Of a DNA stretch of 64,000 nt, positions 17,563-27,327 are shown piece by piece. This DNA is from a virus. Where the stretch lies: the IMG/VR virus record IMGVR_UViG_3300045278_000064, one strand, 5' to 3'. Below the pieces are notes generated by a model that saw only the letters and a program-made list of their open reading frames with translations, was not told where the DNA came from and did not search any database. Numbering within the stretch: the stretch's first letter is position 1; each line of letters begins with the position of its first letter. Made by a program: the position numbers and the translations under genes.

Positions 17563-18087
17563 TCAGCCGCCGCTGCCGACGACGGTCACGTCGAGGTGGC
17601 CCTCCTGGATCGCCGGGGCGACCGTGTTCTTGATGAAGCCGGTCCGGTCGCTGCCCTTCTGGGGGTTGTCCAGCAGACCGCGGTAGACGCTCACGACGTC
17701 ACCGGCCTCCCACGGGTCGGTCGACTTCTTCAGCGACTCGCGCTCGACGAACCAGACCTCGGTTCCCTTCTCCTTCAGCGCCTGGTAGACCTCGTCACCC
17801 TCCTCGTCCACGAGGTTCGTGGAGTCGTCGAAGTAGCGGAAGACGGGGATGGACGCCTCGAAGTTCGAGGCACCCCAGACGTTCGAGTTCACGTCCTCGC
17901 ACAGCGCGGGATCCGCGAAGGTCTCCGACGCCGTCGGGCCGAGCGCGTAGCCGTTCTTCGCGATCCGGCAGGACGCGTCGAGGGCCGACGTCAGCTCGGT
18001 GAGCGTGATCGCGTCGGGATTGGCGGGTGCGGTCGCGAGGACCGCGAGCTTGGTGTGGCCGTCGGCGAGCGACTTCACAGCGACCAT
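17563..18087 (-). CDS. Major tail tube protein
   Basis: KSLADGHTKLAVL...LDASCRI...ETFADPALC; position upstream of the chaperone. Confidence 0.85.
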   Translation of the reverse strand: MVAVKSLADGHTKLAVLATAPANPDAITLTELTSALDASCRIAKNGYALGPTASETFADPALCEDVNSNVWGASNFEASIPVFRYFDDSTNLVDEEGDEVYQALKEKGTEVWFVERESLKKSTDPWEAGDVVSVYRGLLDNPQKGSDRTGFIKNTVAPAIQEGHLDVTVVGSGG

Positions 18088-18089
18088 GG

Positions 18090-18320
18090 TCAGGACTCCT
18101 TCTGGGGGGTCTGGCGGCCGCGGTGAGCCGTCTTCGGGGTGGGGGCGACGTCCTCGGCCGAGTCGGCCTCGGGCACGTCATCGGAGACGGCGCTCTGGGC
18201 CGCCTTCGTCTTCGGGGTGAGGGAGAGGTACGGGAAGATCCGCAGCCAGTTCTCGGGCACGCGCTGCGGGAGCTTCGCGCCGGTCCGGGTGTCGTACGCC
18301 TCGACGCGCTTCTGCGGCAT
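18090..18320 (-). CDS. Small hypothetical protein
   Basis: MPQKRVEAYDTRTG..., coherent codon bias. Confidence 0.55.
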   Translation of the reverse strand: MPQKRVEAYDTRTGAKLPQRVPENWLRIFPYLSLTPKTKAAQSAVSDDVPEADSAEDVAPTPKTAHRGRQTPQKES

Positions 18321-18399
18321 GGCGAGCACCGCCTTTCATGACGAAGCCCCCGGCGCGGAGCCGAGGGCGGAGGGATGGGAGTGGATGCGAGCGCCGCGA

Positions 18400-18831
18400 T
18401 CAGCCGAAGCGCGTGGAGCCCAGCCGGTAGATGTCGACCGCGTAGAACGGGAACGCCGACGTGGCCGGGCCCTGCGGGCGCACGTCCCGGTCGGGCTCGA
18501 CGTCCTGCGAGTCGTCCAGGACGAGCTCCCAGCCGTACCGGCCGGGCACGACGAGCGCGGCGCCCTCGAGCGCGGCGCGGGAGATGTCCACGAGCTCGCG
18601 CACGCCCGCGGGAGCGAGCGCGGTGTGCGTGACCCTGATCAGGGCCTGCGCACCGTCCTCGCAGCCACCGAGTGACTCGGAGAAGCCGCGCACCGTCCCG
18701 CCCGACAGGACGATGAACGGGTACTTCTCGGGGTCGCCGACGACCGCGCTCGCGTCCGTGTCGTGCACCGGGATGTCCGGCGCCGCCTCCTCGAGCAGCT
18801 CCCGCACCGCGGCGAAGTGCGCCGCGATCAC
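18400..18831 (-). CDS. Putative tail terminator
   Basis: YPFIVLSG motif; synteny. Confidence 0.6.
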   Translation of the reverse strand: MIAAHFAAVRELLEEAAPDIPVHDTDASAVVGDPEKYPFIVLSGGTVRGFSESLGGCEDGAQALIRVTHTALAPAGVRELVDISRAALEGAALVVPGRYGWELVLDDSQDVEPDRDVRPQGPATSAFPFYAVDIYRLGSTRFG

Positions 18832-19211
18832 AGCAGCCCCTCGAACAGGTCGCCGAGCGCCGACTCGAAGCGGTCCGCTTCTGCCGCGAGGGCGATGGAC
18901 GGATCGGGGACCGTGCCGCCTCCTCGGCTGGTGCCGAAGATGGCGACGTTCGCGAGCGCGCCGCCGTACCGGCTCTTGTCGGGGCCGATCTGGGCCTCGA
19001 CCCCGCCCGCGTCGACCTTGAGGTCGTAGTTCACCGAGAACGTGATGCCGCGGAAGCTCTGCGAGGACGCGAGGTCCATCTGGAGCTCCTGCTTGATGTT
19101 CAGGGCGCCCTTCGACACCACGGGCCGGACGCCGCGCTGGACCTTGTCGGGGATCCGCGCGAGGTCCCGGGAGAGGGTGCGGAGCTCGGAGGCGTCAACT
19201 CGCACCGTCAC
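18828..19211 (-). CDS. HK97 gp10-like neck protein
   Basis: DASELRTLSRDL...EAQIGP...FGTS; synteny. Confidence 0.65.
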   Translation of the reverse strand: MTVRVDASELRTLSRDLARIPDKVQRGVRPVVSKGALNIKQELQMDLASSQSFRGITFSVNYDLKVDAGGVEAQIGPDKSRYGGALANVAIFGTSRGGGTVPDPSIALAAEADRFESALGDLFEGLL

Positions 19212-19629
19212 GGAGCACCTCCTGCACGTTCATGCGCACCGCGGTGGTGTGCGTCTTGTCCTCGTCCGCGCGGAGCCGCATCCGCGACCCCGGCAGGCGA
19301 GGGTTCTTCGAGCTCACGAACTCGGCGATATCGCCGGACTGCACCTCGGTGGTGCCGTACGGGAAGTGCACCTGAGCGACGCGCTGCGTCACCCGGCCGA
19401 TGGAGCCGACGTCGGGGGACGACGGGTAGGACGCGTCGTTCTGCGCCTTCGCCGGGGACCCCTCGTCGGGATCACCCCAGACCAGCACGAGCTCGTCGAC
19501 GGACTTCCCGCGACCGTTGGTGGTGGTGCGGCCCGTCTTGCGCCACACCCTCACCCGGTCGGTCATGAGCTCGCGCGCCGCGGCGCGGCCGCGCTCGAGG
19601 AACGCCTCGATCTGCGCCTGGGACCTCAC
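19195..19629 (-). CDS. Head-to-tail stopper (DUF6093-like)
   Basis: GRAAARELMTDRVRV...THTTAVRM; synteny. Confidence 0.65.
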   Translation of the reverse strand: MRSQAQIEAFLERGRAAARELMTDRVRVWRKTGRTTTNGRGKSVDELVLVWGDPDEGSPAKAQNDASYPSSPDVGSIGRVTQRVAQVHFPYGTTEVQSGDIAEFVSSKNPRLPGSRMRLRADEDKTHTTAVRMNVQEVLRDGAS

Positions 19630-20012
19630 GAGGGGATCACCGTCCAGGCCCCGCGCCGGTTCTCACGGAGCATCGCGAGCATCCCGTCGGTGGGGTAGAG
19701 GAGGCCCTCGGCGCGCGCGTGGTCGATCGTGACCTGGTTCGTCTCCGTGTAGTCGTCGATCGTCATCGTGGTGTTCCGGGAGCGGGCGCCCTCCGGGTTG
19801 CGGAGCACGTTCGCGACCATCTCCCCGATCACCGAGGCGACGACGTCCGGGTCGAGCGTGCCGGCCTCCATCCGGGACACGATCCGCAGCCCGGGGATGA
19901 CCTTCAGCCGGACCCAGGCCGCGGCGATGAGCCGCTCGGCCTGGGCGCGCTGGACCGTGGTGAGGTCGGGATGGAAGGTCTCGACGTGCTCGATGCTCGC
20001 GGGATTGTCCAT
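19626..20012 (-). CDS. Head-to-tail adaptor
   Basis: AERLIAAAW...VLRNPEG...TIDDY; synteny. Confidence 0.7.
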   Translation of the reverse strand: MDNPASIEHVETFHPDLTTVQRAQAERLIAAAWVRLKVIPGLRIVSRMEAGTLDPDVVASVIGEMVANVLRNPEGARSRNTTMTIDDYTETNQVTIDHARAEGLLYPTDGMLAMLRENRRGAWTVIPS

Positions 20013-20033
20013 CCCGACCTCACCTCCTCCGGC

Positions 20034-20450
20034 TCAGGCCTCGTCGACGTCGTCCGGGGAGTCGGCCTCGGGCACCTCGGCGCCCTCGTCGTCCTCGCCC
20101 TGGGCGTCGCCATCGTCCCCGGAGGGATCTGCGGCGGCGCCGTGGCCGGCGTCGGCGAGGACCGCGAGGATCTGCTCCTTCGCGCGGGCCTCACCGAGGG
20201 CGATGCCCTGGGCCTTCGCGAATTCCTTCAGCTCGCGCACCGTCCACTCGCCGCTCGGCGGCTCGTCGTCCGCTCGGGCGCTGTCGGCCGCGGCCGACGT
20301 CACGACCCCGGCCGGGGCCGGCGCGGGAGCATCCGCGTCGGCCCCGACCTTCGGGTTCGTGATCCGGGCAGCGATGTCGGCCGGGATCGCCGAGGCGGGC
20401 CCGTAGGCCACGCCGTCGACGAACACGGTTCGGGTCAGCTTCTTCGCCAT
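20034..20450 (-). CDS. Post-capsid protein with HeH/LEM-like domain
   Basis: WTVRELKEFAKAQGIALGEARAKEQIL. Confidence 0.6.
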   Translation of the reverse strand: MAKKLTRTVFVDGVAYGPASAIPADIAARITNPKVGADADAPAPAPAGVVTSAAADSARADDEPPSGEWTVRELKEFAKAQGIALGEARAKEQILAVLADAGHGAAADPSGDDGDAQGEDDEGAEVPEADSPDDVDEA

Positions 20451-20461
20451 GGGGGACCTCC

Positions 20462-21493
20462 TCAGATCACGTCGGCGACCAGCAGCTTGCGCGGGTCGTA
20501 GATGACGGGCATGACGACGCCGCCGACCTTGGTCCAGGTGTGGACCGGGTCGAAGGTCTTCATCACGACGCCGACGAGGCCCGGCAGCTGCTGGTAGGTC
20601 AGCTCCGGGTTGGACAGGCCAGCGAGCTCGAGCGCCTCGGCGGTGATGCCCCAGACGGTCTCGCCGAGCGAGGCACGGTCCGAGGGGCCGAAGACCACCT
20701 TCTCCGAGCCGAGCACGCGGGTGTCGGCACCGCCGACCTCCACGCGGGTCTCGTAGATGGTGATCGCCGGGAGCTCGAACGCCTCGAGCAGCGAGGTGAG
20801 CTCCGCGGGGGTGATCGCCGTCGGGACGACCGTGCCCGGACGGGCCGCGGCCTTCACCTCGGCCGACTGCAGCATGTGCGAGCGCGCGGCCCGCGACATG
20901 ACGATGTAGCCGGGCATCTCACCGGTCGCGTCGCTGTACTGCTGCGACCACGCGGTGAGGTCCGAGAGCGGCGTCGCGTTCGCGTGATCGCTCCACAGCA
21001 CGGTCGGGGCGACCAGGTGCTCGGCGGGGACGCCGAAGTCGGCCTCGAGGGTCAGCCCGTTCTCCCCGGCGAGGGTGAACTTGCCGTCGGCGAGGACGTC
21101 GCCGCGCGCGAGCTCCACGCGGGCCAGAGTGGCGCGCGCGTTCAGCTCGACGTCGTCGTACACCTGATCGGCGATCGCCGCGGTGTTCCCGCCCCCGTTG
21201 CGGATCTTCTCGAGCTGCAGGCGCTCGAGCTCACCGATCACGGTCTTCTGCCCCACCGGGGGCAGCATGACCTTGCGGCGGGAGAAGCCCTCACGCTGGC
21301 CGATGGGGGTCTCCGCGTCGTACGAGCGGAAGCTCGCCGCGCGGTTCGTGCGGGTCACCGAGTCGATGGTCGCCTCGATGTCCGGCACCTGCCGGTCCGG
21401 CAGGAACTGGTTCAGGATGTAGTTCGCGGGGGTGGGGACCTCGCGCGCGTACGAGGTCAGCGCCCCACCGGGAACGATGTCGTTGATGAGCAT
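20462..21493 (-). CDS. Major capsid protein (lambda gpE-like family)
   Basis: 343 aa after the decoration gene; LNQFLP..., DPVHTWTKVGGVVMPVI. Confidence 0.9.
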   Translation of the reverse strand: MLINDIVPGGALTSYAREVPTPANYILNQFLPDRQVPDIEATIDSVTRTNRAASFRSYDAETPIGQREGFSRRKVMLPPVGQKTVIGELERLQLEKIRNGGGNTAAIADQVYDDVELNARATLARVELARGDVLADGKFTLAGENGLTLEADFGVPAEHLVAPTVLWSDHANATPLSDLTAWSQQYSDATGEMPGYIVMSRAARSHMLQSAEVKAAARPGTVVPTAITPAELTSLLEAFELPAITIYETRVEVGGADTRVLGSEKVVFGPSDRASLGETVWGITAEALELAGLSNPELTYQQLPGLVGVVMKTFDPVHTWTKVGGVVMPVIYDPRKLLVADVI

Positions 21494-21504
21494 GTTGCTC
21501 CTCC

Positions 21505-21897
21505 TCAGCGGTAGCGGATCTGACCGGCGAGGTCAGCCTTGGCGGTGGCGTCCAGGCCGGAAGCGGCCGGGAGCTTGGACTCGACGACAGCGCCGTGGTT
21601 GAGCAGCGGCGCACCCAGGTGGGTGGCGCCCGCGGCGACCGGGGTGCTGTTGAAGAGGTGGCCGGCCGCGGTGTCGCGGCCGTCCTCGGCGTCGGGGTCG
21701 AACGGCCCGTACAGGCCGGTCGCGGTGATCTCCGCGAGGACCACGCCGGACGGGATGACGCCGTCGGGGTAGTGGGTCGCCGCGGTGAACGTCGAGACGT
21801 CGAGGGTGATCGAGGGGTTGCTCTCGGTGCCGTGCTGCGACCCGAGCCACGCCCGGTTCTCGCTGCCGAACACCTGGTCACGGACGGAGAGGTCCAT
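21505..21897 (-). CDS. Head decoration protein
   Basis: SITLDVSTF...GVIPSG...GLYGPFD..DGRDTAAGHL. Confidence 0.8.
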   Translation of the reverse strand: MDLSVRDQVFGSENRAWLGSQHGTESNPSITLDVSTFTAATHYPDGVIPSGVVLAEITATGLYGPFDPDAEDGRDTAAGHLFNSTPVAAGATHLGAPLLNHGAVVESKLPAASGLDATAKADLAGQIRYR

Positions 21898-21951
21898 GGT
21901 TCTCCTCCTTCAGGAGTGGTGGTTCCGGCCGCCCCGGGCGGGGTCGACCGC

Positions 21952-22638
21952 TTACTTCTGCTCGCCGAAGCGGGCCTTCGCGCGCTCGGAGCCCTGTGCG
22001 AACGAGGACTCCTGCGCCTGGCCACGCGGGCCCTGGCCGGGATCGCCCCGGTGCTGCTCCTGCCGACCGCCGCCGGTGCCCCACAGGGCGATCCAGTCGT
22101 CGGCGTCCTTCTCGATCTCCTCGCGGGTGGCGCCCTTGAGTCGTTCCGCCGCCTGCAGGTCCAGACCCTTCGCGGCCGCGACGCGATACCGCTCGATCAG
22201 CGAGTCCTTCTCCTCGCCCTCACGGGTGAGCTTCGCGTGGCTGGACTTCAGCTGCTCCTGCTCCTCGTGCGCGCGCTGCTCGTCGGACTTCGAGGCGTCC
22301 TCGAGCTCCTTCACGCGGGCCTGCGCCGCCGCGAGCTCAGCGGTCGCCGCCTTCGTCGCCTTGCGCTCGGCGACCAGCGCCGACTTCAGGCCCTTGTCGC
22401 CGTCGGCCCCGTCGCCGGAACCGTCGCCGCCCTGGCCGTCTCCGTCGCCGGAGCCGTCCGAGCCGCTGGCGCCGCCGGGGCCCTCGCCGCCGTCGCCGCC
22501 GGACTCGCCGCCGTTCACGTTCATCTGCCAGTCCCCGAAGGTGCCGCGATGGAACTCGATCAGCCGGTCGATGCCGCCGGGAGCGGTGATGTCGATGCCG
22601 TGCGGGAACGGCTTCTGCGCGCAGGTGGAGATCGTCAT
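21952..22638 (-). CDS. Capsid scaffolding protein
   Basis: Gly/Asp linker, GLKSALVAERKA coiled coil, RLKGATREEIEKDAD. Confidence 0.8.
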   Translation of the reverse strand: MTISTCAQKPFPHGIDITAPGGIDRLIEFHRGTFGDWQMNVNGGESGGDGGEGPGGASGSDGSGDGDGQGGDGSGDGADGDKGLKSALVAERKATKAATAELAAAQARVKELEDASKSDEQRAHEEQEQLKSSHAKLTREGEEKDSLIERYRVAAAKGLDLQAAERLKGATREEIEKDADDWIALWGTGGGRQEQHRGDPGQGPRGQAQESSFAQGSERAKARFGEQK

Positions 22639-22815
22639 GGTGGGTTGCTCCTCATCACGAGGTCGCGGCCCGCCGCATCACGCGGACGAGCCTGGGTGGT
22701 GGAGGCCGACGCACATCACGCGCCACCGGCCAGAGGTGGAGAGCCACCGGCATCACGCCGAGCAGCTCGAGGAAGCCCGCCGACGGCGAGCGCGGCGCCG
22801 ACGGTGCGTCAGCGC

Positions 22816-24159
22816 CTAGATCCGGGTCCCCGGGGCGGGGAGGGTGTGGCGGGTGCCGAGGGCGGCGTCGCCGCCGTTCTCGCCGAGGACGTACTGGCGG
22901 TACGCGGCCTCGGCGCGGGCGCGGTCCGCGTCGGTGAGGGGTCGGGGGAGGGAGCCGCCGCGGGCGGTGCCGCGGCCCTCGGTGAGGACGCGCCATCGCT
23001 GAGCGGCGCCGGCCTGGTAGGGGTTCAGGCCTGCGCGGGCCATCTGCCAGTCGCGGTCGGCGCGGTAGCGGCGCTTCTCCGCCTCGGTCATGGTGGCCAT
23101 GCTCGTGGGGTCGCGGAGGCCGGTGAGCCAGGCTTCCTGCGTCGCGCGCGAGGCGTTCTTGGGGAGGCGGAACGGTCCGGCGATCGATCCGCCGGGCTCC
23201 TGGCCGCCGGGGATGATGTAGCCGTCCTCCTCGAGCATGCGGAGCGCGCGGGTGCGCGTGCCGGCGGTGCGGTAGATCTCGTCGACGGTGCGGCGCGCGC
23301 GGCCGAGACCGCGGCGGCCGAAGTTCCCGTGCCTCGAGGTGCCCTCGTAGGTCCAGCGTGCCTGGCGTCCGCGCGCACCGACCTTGGTCATGCCGCGGCG
23401 AGCGTTGACGACCTGGTAGACGTCGGCGCCGTCGCGGATCGCGCGCGCCTCCGACTTCCCGAAGATCCTGGCCTGCTCCTCGAGGGAGAGGCTGTGGAAG
23501 TAGTCGTAGGGGTCGGCGAGGAGGCCCTCGTCCTGCAGGGCCTTCGTGTTCTTCGCGGCGACGTGGATGCAGTCGCAGTTCGGGTGGCGGTCGAAGCCGG
23601 TGTTCCAGCGGTAGAAGCGGCCGGCGAGGATCGCGCAGCGGTCGCAACTGGGCGGGTTCAGCATGCGGGTGTAGCCGATGCCGTCCCGGGCGGTGATGTC
23701 GACCGAGGCGGCGCCGCGCGCGGAGTCGCGCACGGCGCCCGCCACGATCCGGTCCAGCCGGTCGCGGCCGACGGCGAGCGCCTGGCGCGTCGTCATGCCG
23801 CCGGCGAGCGCCTGCTTCGTCGTGATGACGGGCATGTACATCGCGGCGGAGAGGTCGCCTCCGTCTTCGAGCACGCCGACGAACGCGGAGGGGTCCGCGA
23901 ACGCGCGGGGGAACTCGTACTCGGCGCGGCCGGCGAGGGTCTGGGCGCTGTAGCCGACGGCGGCGCTGGTCGCGTCCTCCTGGACCTCGCTCACGCTGCT
24001 GGTGAGGCGGGGGAGCTGCTCGCGCCAGGAGGTGGAGAGGTGGGCGGGGTCGATCTGCACCCAGGCCCTGCGGCCGCGGCGGATCGCGCGCAGCTGCAGG
24101 TCCTGCATGAGCCGGTAGTGGCTGGTGGCCGAGCGGGGGACGTTCTGCTCGGCGGCCAT
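22816..24159 (-). CDS. MuF-like minor head protein with C-terminal extension
   Basis: YTRMLNPPSCDRCAILAGRFY...FDRHPNCDCIH; located after the portal gene. Confidence 0.7.
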   Translation of the reverse strand: MAAEQNVPRSATSHYRLMQDLQLRAIRRGRRAWVQIDPAHLSTSWREQLPRLTSSVSEVQEDATSAAVGYSAQTLAGRAEYEFPRAFADPSAFVGVLEDGGDLSAAMYMPVITTKQALAGGMTTRQALAVGRDRLDRIVAGAVRDSARGAASVDITARDGIGYTRMLNPPSCDRCAILAGRFYRWNTGFDRHPNCDCIHVAAKNTKALQDEGLLADPYDYFHSLSLEEQARIFGKSEARAIRDGADVYQVVNARRGMTKVGARGRQARWTYEGTSRHGNFGRRGLGRARRTVDEIYRTAGTRTRALRMLEEDGYIIPGGQEPGGSIAGPFRLPKNASRATQEAWLTGLRDPTSMATMTEAEKRRYRADRDWQMARAGLNPYQAGAAQRWRVLTEGRGTARGGSLPRPLTDADRARAEAAYRQYVLGENGGDAALGTRHTLPAPGTRI

Positions 24160-25520
24160 CAGACCTCCCCGGCGGTGTCCTCACGCGTCATCCGGGTGAT
24201 GAACGGGTCGGCGAGGTTCTCGCGGTCCCAGCGCTCCATGTGGCGGCGTTCCTCCTGGGAGTAGCCGAGGTCCTTGCGGGCCTGCTGCGGCGGGATGATG
24301 CCCTGGGAGACGAGCTTCATCGCGTAGTCGCTGAGCTGGCCCTCGCTGGCCGTGGCCACGGGGCGGAACTGGGTCTCGATGCGCCGCATCTCGGGAGCGA
24401 ACTGCCCGAGGATGCGGAGGTTGTTGCGCTGCACCTCGGCGTGGGCGCCGCCGAGCACGGTGACCTTCCGTTCGGCGCGCTTGTTCTTTGTGATCTCCGC
24501 GGCCTTCAGCGCCTCGGCCGAGGCCGGGTTGTCGCCGCCGAACGCGGTCACGTAGGACGGGAGCGATGCGATGATCGACGCGATCTGGAACAGCAGCTTC
24601 ACCGAGGAGTGGAAGTTCGTGAGGTCCGCCTCGGGGAACTGCCCCACCTGTACGTCGGGGCCCGCGATCTCGGACGCCCAGATGCCCCCGGCGAGCTTCT
24701 TCCAGTCGCTGATCGGGTTGCCGTTCTCGTCCTCGAAGTCCTCCTTCTTGAGGCCGAAGGCGTAGCGGCGCGGCATCGCGTGGAACTCGCCGGAGATCAT
24801 CATGTCCGTGGCCATCTTGTTGATCGCGTCGGCGATCCCGATGATGTCCTCGAACTCGGAGCGGCCGTAGGGCTCGAGCAGCCGCATCTGGTTCGTGAAC
24901 GGGACGATCAGGGGCGAGCCGTAGCCGTGGTTGAAGCGCGAGTCTTCGAGCCAGCCGTCGCCGGTCTTGCGGAACGTGATGCGGGCGTCGGGCAGGTAGA
25001 GGTTCCCCCACTCGACCTTCTCGTCGTCGTCCCCCTCGGTCCAGCGTTTGATGCCGTCGCTGATCTTGCGGGTGCGGGGGTTACGGCGGGCGTAGGCCTG
25101 GAAGGGGGACTCGGCGGTGACGATGGGGAGGTCGTCCTTGGAGTCGCCGGGGCCGGAGATCATGTACGCGTCGCCGAGGCCGATCGACTCCGTGTGCAGC
25201 ATCGGAGCCTGCTCGTCGAGGTCGTTCTCCTTCCAGATGTCCCACATCAGCGCGTCGATCTTCTCGTTCGGCCCGCCGTTGCCCGTGGAGGGGGCGCGGA
25301 AGCCGGTCACGTCCAGCACGTTCTCGTACTGCTCGGTGACGATCTTCGGCCAGTTGATCACCAGCTGGGTGACGCGGCCGCCGAACTCCTCCTCGAGCGC
25401 CGGCGCCATGTACTTCAGCGGCTGCATGCCCTTGAGGTACAGGTCCAGGTGCGTGAGGGGCTCCTGGCGGGCGAGCCGGATCCGCTCCAGCGTCTCGAAC
25501 GTCTCGAGCTCCGTGGCCAC
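24159..25520 (-). CDS. Portal protein (SPP1 gp6-like)
   Basis: YLKGMQP...NWPKIV...PLIVPFTN...YGRSEFE...HAMPRRYAFG. Confidence 0.9.
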   Translation of the reverse strand: MATELETFETLERIRLARQEPLTHLDLYLKGMQPLKYMAPALEEEFGGRVTQLVINWPKIVTEQYENVLDVTGFRAPSTGNGGPNEKIDALMWDIWKENDLDEQAPMLHTESIGLGDAYMISGPGDSKDDLPIVTAESPFQAYARRNPRTRKISDGIKRWTEGDDDEKVEWGNLYLPDARITFRKTGDGWLEDSRFNHGYGSPLIVPFTNQMRLLEPYGRSEFEDIIGIADAINKMATDMMISGEFHAMPRRYAFGLKKEDFEDENGNPISDWKKLAGGIWASEIAGPDVQVGQFPEADLTNFHSSVKLLFQIASIIASLPSYVTAFGGDNPASAEALKAAEITKNKRAERKVTVLGGAHAEVQRNNLRILGQFAPEMRRIETQFRPVATASEGQLSDYAMKLVSQGIIPPQQARKDLGYSQEERRHMERWDRENLADPFITRMTREDTAGEV

Positions 25521-25540
25521 GAGCACCCCCTTCCTGGCGG

Positions 25541-27268
25541 TCACCGCCGGGAGCCGACGACGACCTTCCTGTGCGTGTTCTGCGTGGCCGTGCGGATCCA
25601 TCCGTCCAGGCCGGTCACCGCGGCCTGGATGCCGTCGATGCGGGTCAGCGCCTGCTGGCGGTTCGGCTTCACGGGCCGGATGTTGTCGGTCTCGTCGCGC
25701 TTCACCTCGACGACCGACGCCATCCAGCGGGTCACCGGGTCGTCGGGAAAGCGGACCGTCTGCGAGCCGAGCAGCCGCTCGAACTCCTTCGCCGGCGCGG
25801 ACAGGCCGAGAAAGCCCTGGCCGACGGGGTTCACCTCGACGCCGCGGAGCTCCTGGTCGATCTCCTGCACGATCTGGCCCGCGAACATGCGGTCGTAGGA
25901 GATGCGCCGCATGTCGAAGTGGCGGGCGTCGCCGATGATCTGCGACTTGATCGTCGAGTAGTCGATGACGTCGCCGTCGGTCGCGACGACGTGGCCGTCG
26001 TCGATCCACTGCTGCAGCGGGACGAGCATCTGCTTCTCGAGGTCCTCGACCCGCTCGCCCGGCACCCAGTACCGCACCAGCAGGTCCAGCTCGAAGCCCG
26101 GCCGGTTCGACTCGACCCACACGGCCCAGGCCGAGAAGTCGGAGACGGCCGACAGGTCCAGGCCGCCCCAGGCGCGCCGGCCGCGCAGCTTGGCGCGGTC
26201 GATCGGTGCGCGGAGCTCGTCGAACTTGTCGATGTCCAGCCAGCGGCTCTGCGCCCGCTTGCGCAGGTTCAGCGAGAGCCGCAGGTAGGTCGGGAGGTAC
26301 GTCGGCGAGGACTTCGCCTTCGTCGCCTCGTCCTCGAGGTAGCGCTTCGTCGGCGACTTCCCGTAGCCCGGGTTCGCCTTCCGCTGCGTCTCCTCGGCGA
26401 ACGGGTCATCGGACGGCTCGGCCGCCCAGATCACGCCGTAGTGCGAGGGGTTCGAGAGGATCCCCAGCGCCAGGTTCCGGGTCAGGCGGTGCTTCTCGTC
26501 GTAGACCGTCCCCTCCTCGGCCTCGTCGGCCGTGGTGATGAAGACGATCAGCGGCTGATCCCGCGCACCGACACCGGTCTCGATCGCCTCGACCAGCGCG
26601 CGCCGCAGCCGCAGCGTGTGCACTTCGTCGATGATCGCGCCCGAGACGTTCAGGCCGTGCGCAGTCTCCGCGACGCGGGAGAGGACGCGGAGGATGCTGC
26701 CCGTGCGCGGCACGCGCACGACGTCCTTCAGCGGCTCCACACGGCGCCGAGCGGCCTTCGACGTCGACAGCATCCGCTTCGCGTCCTCGAAGACCCGGCC
26801 CGCCTGCAGCGTGCTGCCGGCGGCGTTGTAGACCTCGGCGCCCGGCTCGCGATCAGCGAGCAGCAGCACCCCGGAGATCGCCGAGGAGATCGTCGACTTC
26901 CCGTTCTTGCGCGGCACCTCGACCCAGGCAGAGCGGATCACGCGCACCACGCGGTCGATCTCCGCGTCGTGGAAGACCCAGCCGAAGATCGGCGCGATCA
27001 CCCAGACGACCTGCCACGGGTCCAGGCCCTCGCCCAGACGCATCCGCACGCCCGCCCAGCGGCCCTTCGTGTGCCGGAACGCGCCGAGCGCCTGCAGAGC
27101 CCGGCGAGCGCGCGGCACGTCGTACCAGGCGCCCGGGTGGTCCTTCGCCTGGCAGGCGAGGACGAGGGGCCGGCGGTCGAGGGCGTCGACGATCTGCTCG
27201 TGCGTGAGGCCGAGCTCGATCAGCGCGTCGTACGGTACGGGGAGAGCGTCGTAGTCCGCGGTCGGCAC
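25541..27268 (-). CDS. terL: Terminase large subunit
   Basis: Walker A VPRKNGKS; Walker B AIIDEVH; FITTA; GGLDLS nuclease motif; RIDG. Confidence 0.95.
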   Translation of the reverse strand: MPTADYDALPVPYDALIELGLTHEQIVDALDRRPLVLACQAKDHPGAWYDVPRARRALQALGAFRHTKGRWAGVRMRLGEGLDPWQVVWVIAPIFGWVFHDAEIDRVVRVIRSAWVEVPRKNGKSTISSAISGVLLLADREPGAEVYNAAGSTLQAGRVFEDAKRMLSTSKAARRRVEPLKDVVRVPRTGSILRVLSRVAETAHGLNVSGAIIDEVHTLRLRRALVEAIETGVGARDQPLIVFITTADEAEEGTVYDEKHRLTRNLALGILSNPSHYGVIWAAEPSDDPFAEETQRKANPGYGKSPTKRYLEDEATKAKSSPTYLPTYLRLSLNLRKRAQSRWLDIDKFDELRAPIDRAKLRGRRAWGGLDLSAVSDFSAWAVWVESNRPGFELDLLVRYWVPGERVEDLEKQMLVPLQQWIDDGHVVATDGDVIDYSTIKSQIIGDARHFDMRRISYDRMFAGQIVQEIDQELRGVEVNPVGQGFLGLSAPAKEFERLLGSQTVRFPDDPVTRWMASVVEVKRDETDNIRPVKPNRQQALTRIDGIQAAVTGLDGWIRTATQNTHRKVVVGSRR

Positions 27269-27327
27269 GGCCGGTCACCTCCCGTCGGGTCGCGCGCAGC
27301 GCCCTCTCGGGGGTCGTGGCGGGCAGA

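Noticed and set aside
22816-24159. MuF polymorphic toxin-immunity pair
   Set aside because: No recognisable toxin motif and no small immunity ORF before the scaffold gene; kept only as a low-interest finding
24159-26120. ORF-track long starts for portal, terS, Tal, HTH and several early genes
   Set aside because: Upstream extensions are Arg/Pro-rich off-frame text overlapping real genes; starts were reassigned using SD sequences and stop/start overlaps
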